In this document: positions 1 through 20,367 of the stretch, piece after piece
Layout: every line of letters starts with the position of its first letter
Numbering within the stretch: position 1 is the first letter of the stretch
Assembly (NCBI GenBank): GCA_018398765.1
Contig: JAHBMJ010000185.1
Span: 1-54,543, forward strand
Direction: 5' to 3'
Length of the DNA stretch: 54,543 bases
From: Chromera velia
Taxonomy: Eukaryota
Made by a program: the position numbers and the translations under genes
Notes under the pieces: generated by a model
Seen by the model: the letters and a program-made list of their open reading frames with translations, nothing else
Told to the model about the DNA's origin: nothing
Database searches by the model: none

Positions 1-113
<113 letters not shown>

Positions 114-209
114 GAACCCATAGACACAAGCAGAGGAAAAGGGTGAAGAGAGGCCAGGGGGGGGGAAAGGGACAAAGAATTAAGTTGAGGGTACCCAGAG
201 AGCCAGACC

Positions 210-812
210 TCAGATGCAGGGAGAGACTGGAGGAGAGTCGCGTACCGACAAGTCAAAGACGTTAAGCATTAATGATCTGCTGACCTTTGCAGCTGTCGGG
301 TCATTGCATACGGGGCTGTTTGTTTCGTCTTCGACATGTTGGAGAGTGCACCTTGCAACCTTGACGAAATTATTTTCTGGTCTGTTGATTTGTAAGTCGC
401 CTCCGAGAATTGACGGCATCCATCGTAAAGAGGAGGGGTACCACGTCGATCTTCACCAGGCTCTTGCGTTTGAACTCTCGGAGCGGGAGGAGTCTGTCGT
501 CTCGCTCTAAGGCAGGCTCCACGACATTGCACAAAAGGCGTTTTCAAACGTCTTGGCACTGGAAGGGCCAGGTAGTGCTTTCTGCAACTACATGTCATTG
601 ATGCACAAAAAAGAGTTTATAATGGATCGGCACTCTTCGTTCTGTTTGCGTCGGGGGGGAATTTTTATGTAATGATGAAACAAAAGCACTACCCACCCGG
701 GCACAGCTTATCAAAAGTGGCCTTGTCCAGTATTTTCTGGACTCCGTTGAAGTCAATGAGCTTCAAAGATCCCTTCTTTAGGTCAACCATATGTGTTGGT
801 CTAACACATAGC
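210..812 (-). pseudogene. Possible degenerate spliced coding remnant of unknown function
   Basis: Exon-like block ~698-812 (CAG acceptor, GTGGGT donor; LCVRPTHMVDLKKGSLKLIDFNGVQKILDKATFDKLCP) and a downstream block from ~581 that reads protein-like but contains in-frame stops. No recognisable motif. Confidence 0.25.
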
Positions 813-1873
813 TGCAGAAGACAAAGTGACACCGACCGACGAATCTCTTCTAGAGAGAGGGAAGGATATAAACACACCACTGAACCCCAGCCTGGACTTA
901 CGATTCTGTGCTACTCGAGTTTTGTTCCCATGCAAGGAACCCTGTTAGGCACTTCTCAAGCCCAACTGAAAGTGTTAGGACAAATGAACTGCAAGTTTTT
1001 AGCAGGGTAATTGACCTTGTCAATCAGAAGCTTGAAAGCAGAAAACAATCAAGAACAACCATGACTGAGCAATGTGAGATTTAATTATTCCAAAAATTAA
1101 GGTTTTTTGAAAGAGATCGTAACGGTTGCATAAATTTTTTTTTTTTGTACATTAACTTTTTTTTTAACTATATTTTACTATATAGTCGTTTTTATTAGAT
1201 GCAAATGCTAGGGGCCTAAGCTCAGTCACCATCGTCTCTAGGGGCTTGCATTACTGCAATCGATCCTACTGAACTGAAACACCTCTCCACTGTCTGTCTG
1301 TGAGGTCGCCGCTCCTCCTGCATGCAGTAGACGGATACTCGCAGGATCGCTCTTTGCATACGAGCTTTGACCGCACCCCCCACTCTCGTTGCTGACACCG
1401 GCTTCCCCATTCTCTGACAGATTTCATAGACTGCCACTCTCAAGACAGCCATTGCCGCCAGAGCAAGTGCCCCATCGGTGGAGGCCACAAACGGTGCGAA
1501 ATCCGTGCGGGCCTCTACGCACGCTCCCTAGTACAACCCAATGCATTCTTTTGCCTTTCATATGCAGCAAGAATCCGAGTCTCTCAGCCAGAGATAGCTC
1601 TGCTGATCACAGTCAGCCAGCCAAACATCAAGGACTGCGTTGCACACTGAGAGTTGAACAGCGAATGAATCCTCAGATCCCCTTCTAACCCTGGCAACCC
1701 TCTCCTCCCCTCCCCCCTCCTTCGGATCACTGCATCGAGAGTGACCCAAAACTTTGCCTCTTCTAGCAACACTTTCAGTGCCAACACTGCCTCATCATGC
1801 TTTCTGTGCACTAACCCCCCCCTCTTATATGCTTCTGCATGTTGGGTGCTCCAGACCTGCCTATAGCCATCAT

Positions 1874-1932
1874 ATCTTTCAGATGCATCCGTCAACTCAA
1901 CTCCGAGATGCAGAGCCATAACAGAAATACGC
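1874..1932. repeat. 59-bp target-site duplication, left copy (right copy 2717-2775)
   Basis: ATCTTTCAGATGCATCC...ACAGAAATACGC is identical at both positions. Confidence 0.95.
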
Positions 1933-2716
1933 CGCCCTCCGCCGTGCATTTGGATTGCGCACGATTGAGAGCACCATCCGACTTGCCAGACTCCGGTGGC
2001 TGGGGCATGTTGGGAGAATGGGGGGAGAGCGTCTTCCCCGTCAGTTGTTGTTTGGGCATCTCCAAGGAGAGCGCCCCTTTGGTCGACCCCTCCTTCGTTG
2101 GAGCGACTGTGTCCTCTCTGATTTCCGCCTTCTGGAAATCAATGAGGCCGAGTGGCAGACACTTGCCTCTCATAGAGGCAGGTGGAGGGCGTTAATTCAA
2201 GATGGGGTGAAAAAGGTAGAGGAGAGAGCAGCGGAGGAAAAGGAAAAGAAAAGGGAAGTGAGAAAGGGGCAGAGAGATGGAGATGCGAAGTGTGAGGCAT
2301 GTGGACGAACGTTTTCCACCCCCCGGGGGCTTCGCATTCACACAAGCAAAGCACATAAGGACCTCGCCCCCAGACAGCCAGAGCAGCCGAAGAAGGCAGT
2401 CAAAGAAAAGAAGGGAAGCTGGGTTCAGGGCTGTCAGGTGAAGGAAATTCTTAGGAAGTACAAGCAGGGAAGAGGATGGCGTTATGAGGTGGCATGGCAT
2501 GGCTGGCAGTCAACATCACATGAAGCAGCCTCGCTCATGCGCAAGCACGCCCTGCCAGAAGTGGAAGAGTTTGAGAAAAAATGCAGCTGTTAAGCTATTT
2601 GCTAAAGGTTGTGAAATAAGGGTCCATCATTTAATAATCTGCCTTGCGTGTTGTGACTTGCCGAACGCTAGACGCCTATTATGGGCCGATAGCGATGGCG
2701 TATGATGATGATGATG
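1933..2716 (+). mobile_element. 5'-truncated RTE-type non-LTR retrotransposon with C2H2 zinc finger, chromodomain and (GAT)n tail
   Basis: Typical RTE ORF C-terminus (RLRWLGHVGRM..RLPRQLLFG..R.FGRP..RW.D..W..LA.HR.RWR), stop at 2593, tail GCGATGGCG(TAT)GATGATGAT, flanked by an identical 59-bp direct repeat. Confidence 0.9.
1955..2593 (+). CDS. C-terminal fragment of RTE ORF: post-RT region, C2H2 finger (2291-2356), chromodomain (~2432-2580)
   Basis: CEACGRTFSTPRGLRIHTSKAH is C-x2-C-x12-H-x4-H. VKEILRKYKQGRGWRYEVAWHGW...EVEEFEK matches the chromodomain pattern V.kIl....g...Y.V.W.Gy...e.ieeFe. Stop-free but lacks its 5' part. Confidence 0.8.
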   Translation: MRTIESTIRLARLRWLGHVGRMGGERLPRQLLFGHLQGERPFGRPLLRWSDCVLSDFRLLEINEAEWQTLASHRGRWRALIQDGVKKVEERAAEEKEKKREVRKGQRDGDAKCEACGRTFSTPRGLRIHTSKAHKDLAPRQPEQPKKAVKEKKGSWVQGCQVKEILRKYKQGRGWRYEVAWHGWQSTSHEAASLMRKHALPEVEEFEKKCSC

Positions 2717-3638
2717 ATCTTTCAGATGCATCCGTCAACTCAACTCCGAGATGCAGAGCCATAACAGAAATACGCGTACATGCAACGCTATGTATATGTT
2801 GCAAAACACTGTTTTTATTCAAAGTCTCGATTTGTATATTATAAAGTTTAGCGCAAATTAAATATTAATAAACAAGTTTGTTCGCGCACATACCGCGCGC
2901 GTATGCGTGCGATCGTGCGCGAAATGCAAAAAATTGCTAAAAAATTAAACGGCAAAAATTCTCCGTTTTGTGCATGTGTCCTCAGAGGACAGTTCAGGTA
3001 TGTACACATGAGAAGTACCGGAAATTCGCACAAGAATTCTTGTGTATGTGCATGCGTGATTTTCAAGTACCGCTCTATGAATAAACACCCAATATTTTTT
3101 TGTTTAAATCATTTACCCATGATGATTGAGGGTTTTGTTATGCTACTTATATGCATGCCGCGTCCCCATATATAAGGGGCGGATCTAGCCATTAGTAGTA
3201 GCCTAGTTTGTCCGATTCTGTTTCTGTAAAAGTAACATTATAAAAAATATTTAAAACAAAAAAGTGGTACTTTTCTGCATGTGGCCGAAACCGTTCGACA
3301 ACAATGAATTTCCAATTATGTTTTTTTATGGTTAAGTGTTTACATAAAGCTAAGCTGTATCAAAGTTTGAAATCTTTGAGTTTAAAAATATTTATAGATC
3401 AAAATACAGCTTAAAATTTCTACATTAAGTTTTGATATATAAATAAAAATATTTCCAAATTGTTTCAATTTGGGAATGTGAGATTCAAAATCCCTAATTC
3501 GACATTCCAATTGCGATAGCCTATAAGGTTGATTTCGCTTCCTTCACATGACATCTCAAATAGAAATGATAGGTTTACTTCAATAATGAATCAATATTTA
3601 AAAAAATGAATTCTTCAATCAATCCGACTACTGACAGG

Positions 3639-11787
<8,149 letters not shown>

Positions 11788-12141
11788 GATTGTGGACTCC
11801 TCTGCTTTGCTCTTCTTCTGTGGCGAGAAACGACCAGTCTGCTTTAGAAGCCGCTGTCCTGATGAGGCGCAAGCACTGATGACGGTGGGGTCTGTCTGAT
11901 AATGACTCTGATCCTGAAAAATACACTGGAGGTTGGAGCTTCTCTGCATGCACTGAGTCTACAGCTAGCCGCGTTTAATAGACCATCGTCCTTTCTGTCC
12001 ATCCGTCCATCGCTCGCGTGGAGCCTCGATCGGAGGGCAAATCGGCATCGATTTGGAGGCCCCAGGATTTGAAAATAACTTTTTAGACATCCGAACGCCG
12101 GGTTGCATGAATCGCGATCGTCTCGCGGGCGGGATACGCGT

Positions 12142-12648
12142 ATCCCCTGGGCATTAATTTGTACCGACTTTTTATTTACTGGTGCCTACAGCAATGAATA
12201 AATCTATCTGAATTCCTAAAATTGCTAGCAACGTCAACCTACCTATGCCTTTCCTTTCTGCACTTCTGACGGGAGTCTCTACCTCCCACATGCACTCCGA
12301 AAGGCCTCTTCCTTAGAGAAAAAGACTAAACAAAAGGCTAAAAGCAAACCATTATTCTGTTCCCCCGTGCTCCCAGATAAAGCAACACATAAAAAAAAGT
12401 GCATACCCGAAAAGGCCATGCTTCTCTGATCTATATGAAGACTACAGAACAATACAGCTTTCATTGAATGATTCGCTCAAAATCTTCTCTCTGTGCTGTC
12501 TAAGAAGCAATCGGAGGATTCTTCTTTCCATATGTATTCATGCATGCACTGTGTTCCCTGTCTCGCCATATATGTAGATGGCACTATGCCTGAACATGCA
12601 TATCGGGACTACCTACAAAAAGTTGGTACAAATCAATGCCCGGGAGAT
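12142..12648. mobile_element. Non-autonomous TIR element (MITE-like, ~0.5 kb), uninterrupted copy 1
   Basis: ~31-bp imperfect TIRs ATCCCCTGGGCATTAATTTGTACCGACTTTT / AAAAGTTGGTACAAATCAATGCCCGGGAGAT; no ORF; homologous to the split copy at 13577-22843. Confidence 0.85.
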
Positions 12649-13193
12649 TGGTACCAAAAATCTTTAAACTCGATTTTCTCAAAACAACCCCTTTTTTTCT
12701 TTAGACGTTCTGTACAAGAGAATACAACCGATTAGCCACCCACCTAGCCCAACAGGTAAGTGACTTGGACTTACTCTTTTTCTCCTTCCCTTGTCTCCTT
12801 CCTCTTGCTTTCTGTTCTCACACAGCAGTTATTTTGGGACACCTCCCCATTTTTCACTGACTTGTACACATTTAGTACTCTTTTGTGAAGTCTATCACCC
12901 TAGTTCCCCAGCACCCCTCCCCCCGGCATCTTTCTTATCTTTTATCCCTCTCATAAACCATACCCCTCACTTTACCTCTCTCTTGCCTTTCATGAATTTA
13001 TATATTCACATCACATTCACACTCAAAAAAAGTGTACCTGGGCTCCCCCCAGCAGACCTAGTCCCTTTATGTCATTGAAACACAGTCTGCAGGTGCACAC
13101 AGACAGAAAGACAGAAAAAGAGACAATAAAAGAGGGAAGGGGGTATAAGAAAAGGAGACAAAGAACACTTACACTTACACTTAGTAATACGCT

Positions 13194-13203
13194 TACACAC
13201 ACA

Positions 13204-13271
<68 letters not shown>

Positions 13272-13326
13272 CACATACACATACACATATACATACACAC
13301 ACACACACATGCATATATACATATAC
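13194..13326. repeat. (AC)n/(ATAC)n microsatellite
   Basis: Direct reading. Confidence 0.95.
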
Positions 13327-13998
13327 AGACAGAGGTATGCTTCTGCCCTATCGCAACTATCCATTCGAGGATATATGTACACCGATGCATACGGCCCACA
13401 CAGAGGGATGAAGGGAAAACTAAGGCCAAAAATGGATTTAAAATTCGAAAGAACTGACTTTTAGAGTCACTCCTAGCACAGCCGTGGGCAAAGGTTCTCT
13501 ACCCATTAGAGGTGTCCAATTGACGTCAAACACCTGCATTCAACAAAAAAACAGGGATGAAGATGCAAGGGTGTCCATCCCCTGGGTATTAATTTGTACC
13601 GACTTTTTATTTACTGGTGCCTACAGTAATGAATAAATTTATCTGAATTCCTAAAATTGCTAGCAACGTCAACCTACCTATGCTTTTCCTTTCTACACTT
13701 CTAACGGGAGTCTCTACCTCCCACACGTACTCCGAAAGGCCTCTTCCTTAGAGAAAAAGACCAAACAAAGGGCCAAAAGCAAACCGTTGTTCTATTCCCC
13801 CCTGTTCCCAGATAAAGCAACATATGAAAAAAAGTGCATACCCAAAAAGGCTGCGCTTCTCTTATCTAACCATCGGGATTCGTTCAGAAAAATATGAAGA
13901 CTACAGAACAATACAGCTTTCATTGAATGATTCGCTCAAAATCTTCTCTCTGTGCTGTCTAAGAAGCAATCGGAAGACTCTTCTTTCCGTATGTATTC

Positions 13999-14302
13999 AG
14001 AAAGACGCGCAGTGGGACCGGCACCGGCCAACCGGCTCCGCGGCATGGCGTCCTTCCATTGAGCCAAGACCGAGCGCGTGGATATCTTGCAAATCTATGC
14101 ATGCAGAATTAAATGCATGTATGCAAATGCATGTATTGCAGTAATTAAATTCAGATTGAGGAGTCAGATAAAACAAGAGACTGCTGCTTGTATAAAGTTG
14201 AGAAAGAGACTCTGTTGACGCAACCTCTAGAAATAGGAGCAATGTAAGAGTGCTGTGTGTGCCTGTGGCCCGAGAGCCGTTAAATCACATATAAATCTTT
14301 TT
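13999..14302 (+). repeat. 5' LTR (304 bp)
   Basis: Colinear with 19996-20299, about 20 substitutions by hand count; starts AGAAAGA; followed by PBS-like (T)GGTAACGATCC. Confidence 0.93.
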
Positions 14303-14355
14303 GGTAACGATCCAGCGAGAGAATATCTGACTCCGGTGGTTCGCCTTTCCCTGTA

Positions 14356-17300
14356 TTGGAAGCGAATGACACCTTTCAGCCCCGGTGGGATTCTTGCGAG
14401 AATAGGACTGAAGGAGATCAGAAACTGTTTGGCGCCTCAGAAGAGCAAATTGCTCAGTGGCAAGTCAGCAGAATTTATGCAGCAACTCGTAACCATCACA
14501 TCGTAGGCAATTCCATTCAATTGTTGTTTGATCAAAAGAAAAACCCTCTCGACACCACCTTTTGTTCCGGTGGGAAGATTGAGTGGGTCATGTACAGAGA
14601 CGTATTGAGGGACAAGGTGAAGCAACTTCTGGATGAGACCTCGAGAACAAAGAAGAAACAGAACGCTCGACAGTGGCGGACCCTTACCAATAACGGATAT
14701 GGATATAAATCCTTCCAACTGATGGTGGACTCTTTTGAGACCCTGGTTAAGGAAATGAAGAATTGTGGCGCAGAGAGCGATGTCCCTGTATCATTGAGAA
14801 GAGAGGCCATGTTTGCCTGTTTTCTCCGGTACAACCAGAAGAAGATGGAGAATGATTAGGATGAGGACGATCTGTCAGATTATGACAAGATCATGGTGGA
14901 GGCTAAAAAGCTTGCTGCCAAATCCCATACCAACGCCATCGATAAGCCTCCTGGTGGCCCCCCTGTCTGGGTTAAAGCACAAGGCTCTACGCCAAACCCC
15001 CCCAAACAGAAATCTCCCATTGTGAAGGAGGAGGTTGCATTTGTTGGGGGTGCAGGGTTTCCTCCGAGGGGGAAAGGCCACAGAGGAGGCAGAGGCAGGG
15101 GCAACACAGGGTTAGGAAGAGGAGGTTATCAAACTTAGGGAGTTGGCAGGGGAGAGCAGAGGGACAGAATGGATCCCATGAACAGAAAGACTGCTCCAGA
15201 TGCGGTCGGAAGGGGAGGCACGATGCCGAGTGGCTAGTGCACAACGAATGCCCCGGGATGTCGGCTCATTGCGACATCTGTCAGAGGACGGGACACTTCA
15301 CCTAATGCTGCTGTGATAAGAAGGCGAAGGCACAGTAGCAGTTCCCTTCATCTTTCTTATCCAACCCTCGAGGCAGAGGGCGTCCACAGGCGTACAGAGG
15401 ACGTGGAGGGATGTAGGCAGCATGCGGAGGTGGCCCCGGTCGATACGACAGAAAAGCGGCATATACTGCTGATGAGTGGAAAGGTCAAGGGCAATCACTT
15501 GACCACAATGAGGTCAGCAGATTTGGGGTACAGAATGCCCTGACTGGGAAAGCATCTCAGAAAGCAGGCCACCTTTCTGAGTATTTTCGACAGCATATGT
15601 GTATGACTGTTCTTCCTTTCTCATCTCTTTTCTCTCTCCCTTTGCGACATTCTCAGGATACAGAGGGAGGGATCATCAAACAACAACAGGGCACCACGTT
15701 TCAGTTCCGCGACAGGGCACCGAAGCCCTGGTTTATGACGGAGACGCACAAGGCATACGTGGTTCCAGAGCACGAAATCGAGAGGATGCCACCCGATCTC
15801 CCAAAACAAGTTCAGTCAATGGTCAGTCAAGTCGATTTGCCAAGCCGCCTGTCTGTATGGATGCACATAGACTCATGTACGACTGCACCTCTCGGCTGGA
15901 AGAAAGAGCTTGGGGGGATGGTAGTCTGGAGTGAACAGTGTGAGGGTTCATTTGGGGTGGCTTTAAAAAAATCCCCAAAAAAAATTCAGATCTCTCGTCT
16001 CACTTGCATTGCCCAAAAGAATCGAGTGAGAGGAAAAGGATGGAAGGTTCTGCTCCTGTGGGTGTATCTGACTGAAGACCCAGTCCCCTATCTGATGCGG
16101 AAAGATCATGAGGAGGGGGAAACCTTCCTCTGTCGTGAGGGAAAGGACTCCTACGTGATCGTGCAAGACGTAAAAGGTTTTCTCGTTGAGGTGGTAGTTG
16201 AGAATCCTAAGGGAGACGCCACCTCCAACCTTCCATTCACAACCATATTCATTCCCACAGCAGACGAAGTTAAAGAAGCAATGCAGAAGACTGGGGGGGC
16301 ATGGGCAATCAGAGAGAGAACAATCAGTTTTAAGGAACTGAAGGCATATCACAGACGATTCGGACACGTCGGTTGAGACAAACTAGAGCCCACACTGGCA
16401 AGCAGGGGGATGCACGCAAGGAAAAGGCTTGAAACAGAGTGCCGGCTGTGTTCCCTCAAAAACGTAACCATTCCCACTCTAGCACCTGTCCCTACCCGAC
16501 ATGAAGATGCGGGTGGGCCCTTCCGAATCATGTAACTCGATCACTGGTTCCCAAATGATGATAAGGTCAACGGGCCTCACGCATGGCATTGCTGCCTGAG
16601 TGTACTAGATGAGTACAGCGGCCTCGATCTTGACTATCCCCTCAAATCCCGTAACCACTCCGTTGATGGAGTGCGTGACCACATTGAGTTTGTGGAATCA
16701 TTTGGGGATGTTCAATTCCAGAAGGAAGGTCCGAAAGCCGTAGCAGGCAGAATCCGATGTGACAAGGCACCCGAATTCCATGGAGGACCACTAGGAGATT
16801 TCGTTGAACGCAGAGGCATGACGTTCCTCGATAACTCTGCAGCAGAAAAGGGGCCACTCGGGTTTGTGGAAGGAAAGAACCGCCACAGAAGAACCGAGCT
16901 AGCAGCCCTCAGAGCCGAATAGAAACGTCGGTTCGGTTCATGCCCTAAATCCCTTTGGGGCCATCAAGCCAGGGGGGTGGCACTGACACGTGCAAAGCTC
17001 TACAGCAAAGTCCTCAGGATGAGTCAGTGGGAGAAGGTATTTGGCGTCCCTCCTCCCTTCCCATTCCTCATTGGAGATGTCGGTGTGTTGAGGACAGCAG
17101 AGAGCGGTATTGAACTAGCAGGGAGTGAAGTGGTGTGGCTATATAAAAAGAATAAAAGCACCGCCGTCGTAACCTGAAAACAACCGAACAGAGATGTCTG
17201 GGACATCCTCAAAACCCACCTCCAATACGTTAAACCAGTGAAGCGCGGGCTCGTATCCTGTTGGGGGGGTCCTGATTGGGCTTCAGACAGCGTGGAGATG

Positions 17301-19868
17301 CCACCACGCCCCCTACCCATTCCAGATAATGCATCTGATGCCCTTCCCTCCCACCCTCTGCATGGGGCTGCTGCCAGTCCTGCCAGGGGTAATAATAGAA
17401 GTGAGGGAGTACAGACGATTGGGGGGGTGGATTTCCCTGAACAGTACGGCGCAGACGTTCCTGCCGATGCTCACGACCGATTCACTGGCATCTTCATTCG
17501 CGGACCCGACAACAAACTCACTCCTCTTGTCATCACCAAAAAGTCTCGCAAGAGCACCCATGTAACTTTCAAAATCTAGCAGCAGCCAGATGGTAAGTGG
17601 AAGTTTGCAGGCCTGTCTGACATGACTGTCCGTAAGACGGACGTCCTCCGGTACTTCAAGTTTGCTGGAGGACATTTGCCTCCTGCCATTGAGGCAGAAA
17701 TCTCATCCCCTCCCTCTATATAGGTGGAGGGGTGTGAGCAAGAGGCACCAGCACAGAGGGAGGAAGAGGCCGAATCCAGAGATCAAGCAGAGGGGGGTGA
17801 AGTTCAAGCTGCGGGGGGTGGAGACAACAGCGATGACAAGGATTCTCTTTTCGGAGAGAATCATCTTGCACCTGATTCTCTGACTGGTGGGCAGTTGGGT
17901 GAAGAGAGAAGAAACAGGGAGGCAGAGCAGGAAGAGACGAGAGATAATGGAGAGAGATCTAGTGGGGGACCCCCCGGGTTTGACCTGGGTGAGCGACCTC
18001 CCGCTCAGAACGTCTTCTTCTTTGCCCCTACCCATGACTGCTTCTACCTGGGCCCCGACCCTGAGCACCCGCTCACGGTCCCCGATGACTTTAAGCAGGG
18101 GTCCACCCAGACTCCTGCACTCCCGGAGGAGGTCGTAAAGGGGGATTTCGATGTTGCGTGCCGAGACGAGTGGTTGAAGAACATTGTAGGTAAGGGGGTT
18201 CTGGGCAGGGTAGTCGATAGGAAGGAAGTTAACTCTGTCATGCGAATGGGCTGGAGGCTGACATGGAAAGAAAAGGAAGCCCAGCAGGCAGAGAAAGAGA
18301 AGGAAGAGAACAGACAGGAAGAAGAGAAGGCAGCTCAATCAAGACAGACCATGGGCAAGGGTGACAGGCTGCAGTATGACAGAGAGGGGGAACAGCCCCA
18401 GAAGTACAACGGCAGGAAAGGAAGGATAAAAAGAACTGGGGATGAGAACGAAGGAAGGCAGAGGCAGGGAATCAACAGAAAGCCGAAAGCGAGGTACTTT
18501 GGTAAGGGTTTCATGGACAAGAGGGCGGTCGATACTTATGTTGGCATACCTTCTGTCTGGGCTATTCTGATCTTTGCTATCTTCTCTTTGACTTTCTCTC
18601 TGAATCTGTTCACCGGAAATATCTCTGGTGCATTCTTTACAGCTCTTGACAGAAACGAGAAACGCGCAGCCGCCATCATCCCTGATTGGCTGCCTGAAAT
18701 CCCAGACACAAACCTCTATGATGATATCAATGATGAAGACTACGCAGAGCTGCGCAGAGCCGCCCTGGCTATCAAACCGGGGGAGTTGCGATTGATTGAG
18801 AAGGGCCTCTATAGAATGCCCTGCTCGGGAAACATATTCGATAAGAGCCTTGCTGAAATGCAGGGACAGGCAGGCTATAAACGCGTAGAGACGGGGGTTG
18901 CGATCAAGGTAGGAGAATCTGGACAGCTTGCTGATAGTATTCAGATCAACTGGATTGACGACGTGTTTGAGGGAAGAAAAGGAAAAAAGGAGATGGAGGG
19001 AGAAATCGAGTTTCTGAAGATAAAGTTCGATTGGGGGCACCTGCGGGAGCTGCTCCCCCCTCAGTCATCAATCAAATATGCAGGTATGGACTTCATGTTC
19101 TCCCATAGCACAGCCGAAATCTCCCAAGACTCCTACTGTAGAGGGGTGAACACGGATGCCATATGGAGGGTTTTGGGGGAGAAAAGAAAGGGGGGAGAAG
19201 TCAGAGCAGCCAAGCTTGAACCTGCAACGGAGAAAGAGAAGGAAGGAAGGTTGGAACCCCTGATGAGAAGCATCAACGGAGTCCTTCACTGGATGGTGAG
19301 GATGCGACCGAACAGACGGGTATGGGCTGATGTGTTAAGCTGTCATTCCACATGGCCTTGCAGACGGATTGTGCAGGCAGGCATCAGAGTAATGAAAATG
19401 CTCAAAAAAAAGAAAGAGCCCCTCCATATGAGAGCATTAAACCGTCTGAAGAGAATGATGCTAGCGATTATGCCTGACTTCGCCTATTCCCGCAAGACCT
19501 ACAGCGGGAGGCTGGGTTGGCTGATTTTCCTTGTAGAAGAAGGATAAACACCCGAGAAGGCGTTAGAGCTGGTGAATCCATGGGAGAATTGTATAAGCTG
19601 GCACACAGAGAAACACAATCACAAGCATGGGAGCAGCACAGCAGCTGAAGCCACCGCATTCGAAAGTGTGGTCAAACATCTCCCACGCATCAAATCCCTA
19701 TCAATACAGATGTGGGGGACCGAACCACTTAGTCTAGTCACTTTCTTTACCGATTGCAACCCCCTGTTTGAACAGTTGAGATCAGGGGTCGCAGCAGACG
19801 GAATATTCCAAGGGATGCTGGATTTTGTGATCCAAGAACTGGGCAGGACCGGGGAGAAAGTGATGTGA
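14356..19868 (+). pseudogene. Disrupted copia gag-pol polyprotein; largest open piece 17724-19547 (RT)
   Basis: ORF fragments 14356-14859, 15597-16376, 16671-16922, 16977-17177, 17238-17579, 17724-19547 and 19572-19868 carry consecutive domains separated mostly by single TAG/TGA/TAA codons. Confidence 0.85.
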
Positions 19869-19995
19869 TGTAGGCGCCAAGTTCAGATGGGTAACACACT
19901 AACAAAACCCTGCTGGTCAGGCAAAGAATTTGCATAAAAAGAAGCAAGAAGACAGAAACGAACAAAGAAAAGGATTTGAACAAGATGGGGGGGTG

Positions 19996-20299
19996 AGAAA
20001 GACGCGTAGTAGGACCGGCACCGGCCAACCGGCTCCGCGGCGTGGCGTCCTTCCATTGAGCCAAGACCGAGCGCGTAGATATTTTGCAAATCCATGCATG
20101 TAGAATTAAATGCATGTATGCAAATGCATGTATTGCAGTAATTAAATTCAGATTGAGGAGTCAGATAAAACAAGAGAATGCTGCTCGTATGAAGTTGAGA
20201 AAGAGACTCTGTTAACACAACCTCTAAAAATAGGAGCAACATAAGAGTGCTGTGTGTGCCTGTGGCCTGAGGGCCTTTAGATCACATATAAATCTTTCT
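19996..20299 (+). repeat. 3' LTR (304 bp)
   Basis: Preceded by purine-rich PPT-like AAGATGGGGGGG; termini AGAAAGA...TCTTTCT. Confidence 0.93.
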
Positions 20300-20367
20300 T
20301 ATTCATGCATGCACTGTGTTCCCTGTCTCGCCATGTGCGTAGACGGCGCTATGCCTGAACATGTATA

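Larger units (their letters stand above)
13999..20299 (+). mobile_element. Full-length but degenerate Ty1/copia-type LTR retrotransposon
   Basis: Two 304-bp LTRs and a 5-bp TSD TATTC (13994-13998, 20300-20304). Domain order: gag with zinc knuckles (CSRC..H, CDICQRTGH), possible protease (WMHIDSCTT), HRRFGH..CRLC, integrase core (IRCDKAPEF..FVEGKNR), RT (GWRLTWK..KAR..GKGF..ISGAF..KGLY..WIDD..YAGM..ISQDSY), RNase H-like. Integrase precedes RT. Multiple in-frame stops. Confidence 0.9.

Noticed and set aside
1222..1949. Minus-strand ORFs of 88 and 121 aa that read somewhat protein-like
   Set aside because: No recognisable motif or consistent splice model; the region is interrupted by the RTE insertion.
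18339..19040. 233-aa antisense ORF within the copia RT (and similar antisense ORFs over other genes)
   Set aside because: Shadow of a purine-rich sense frame; no independent motifs.
13999..20299. Ty3/gypsy assignment suggested by AG...CT ends
   Set aside because: Integrase precedes RT and the RT motifs are copia-type.
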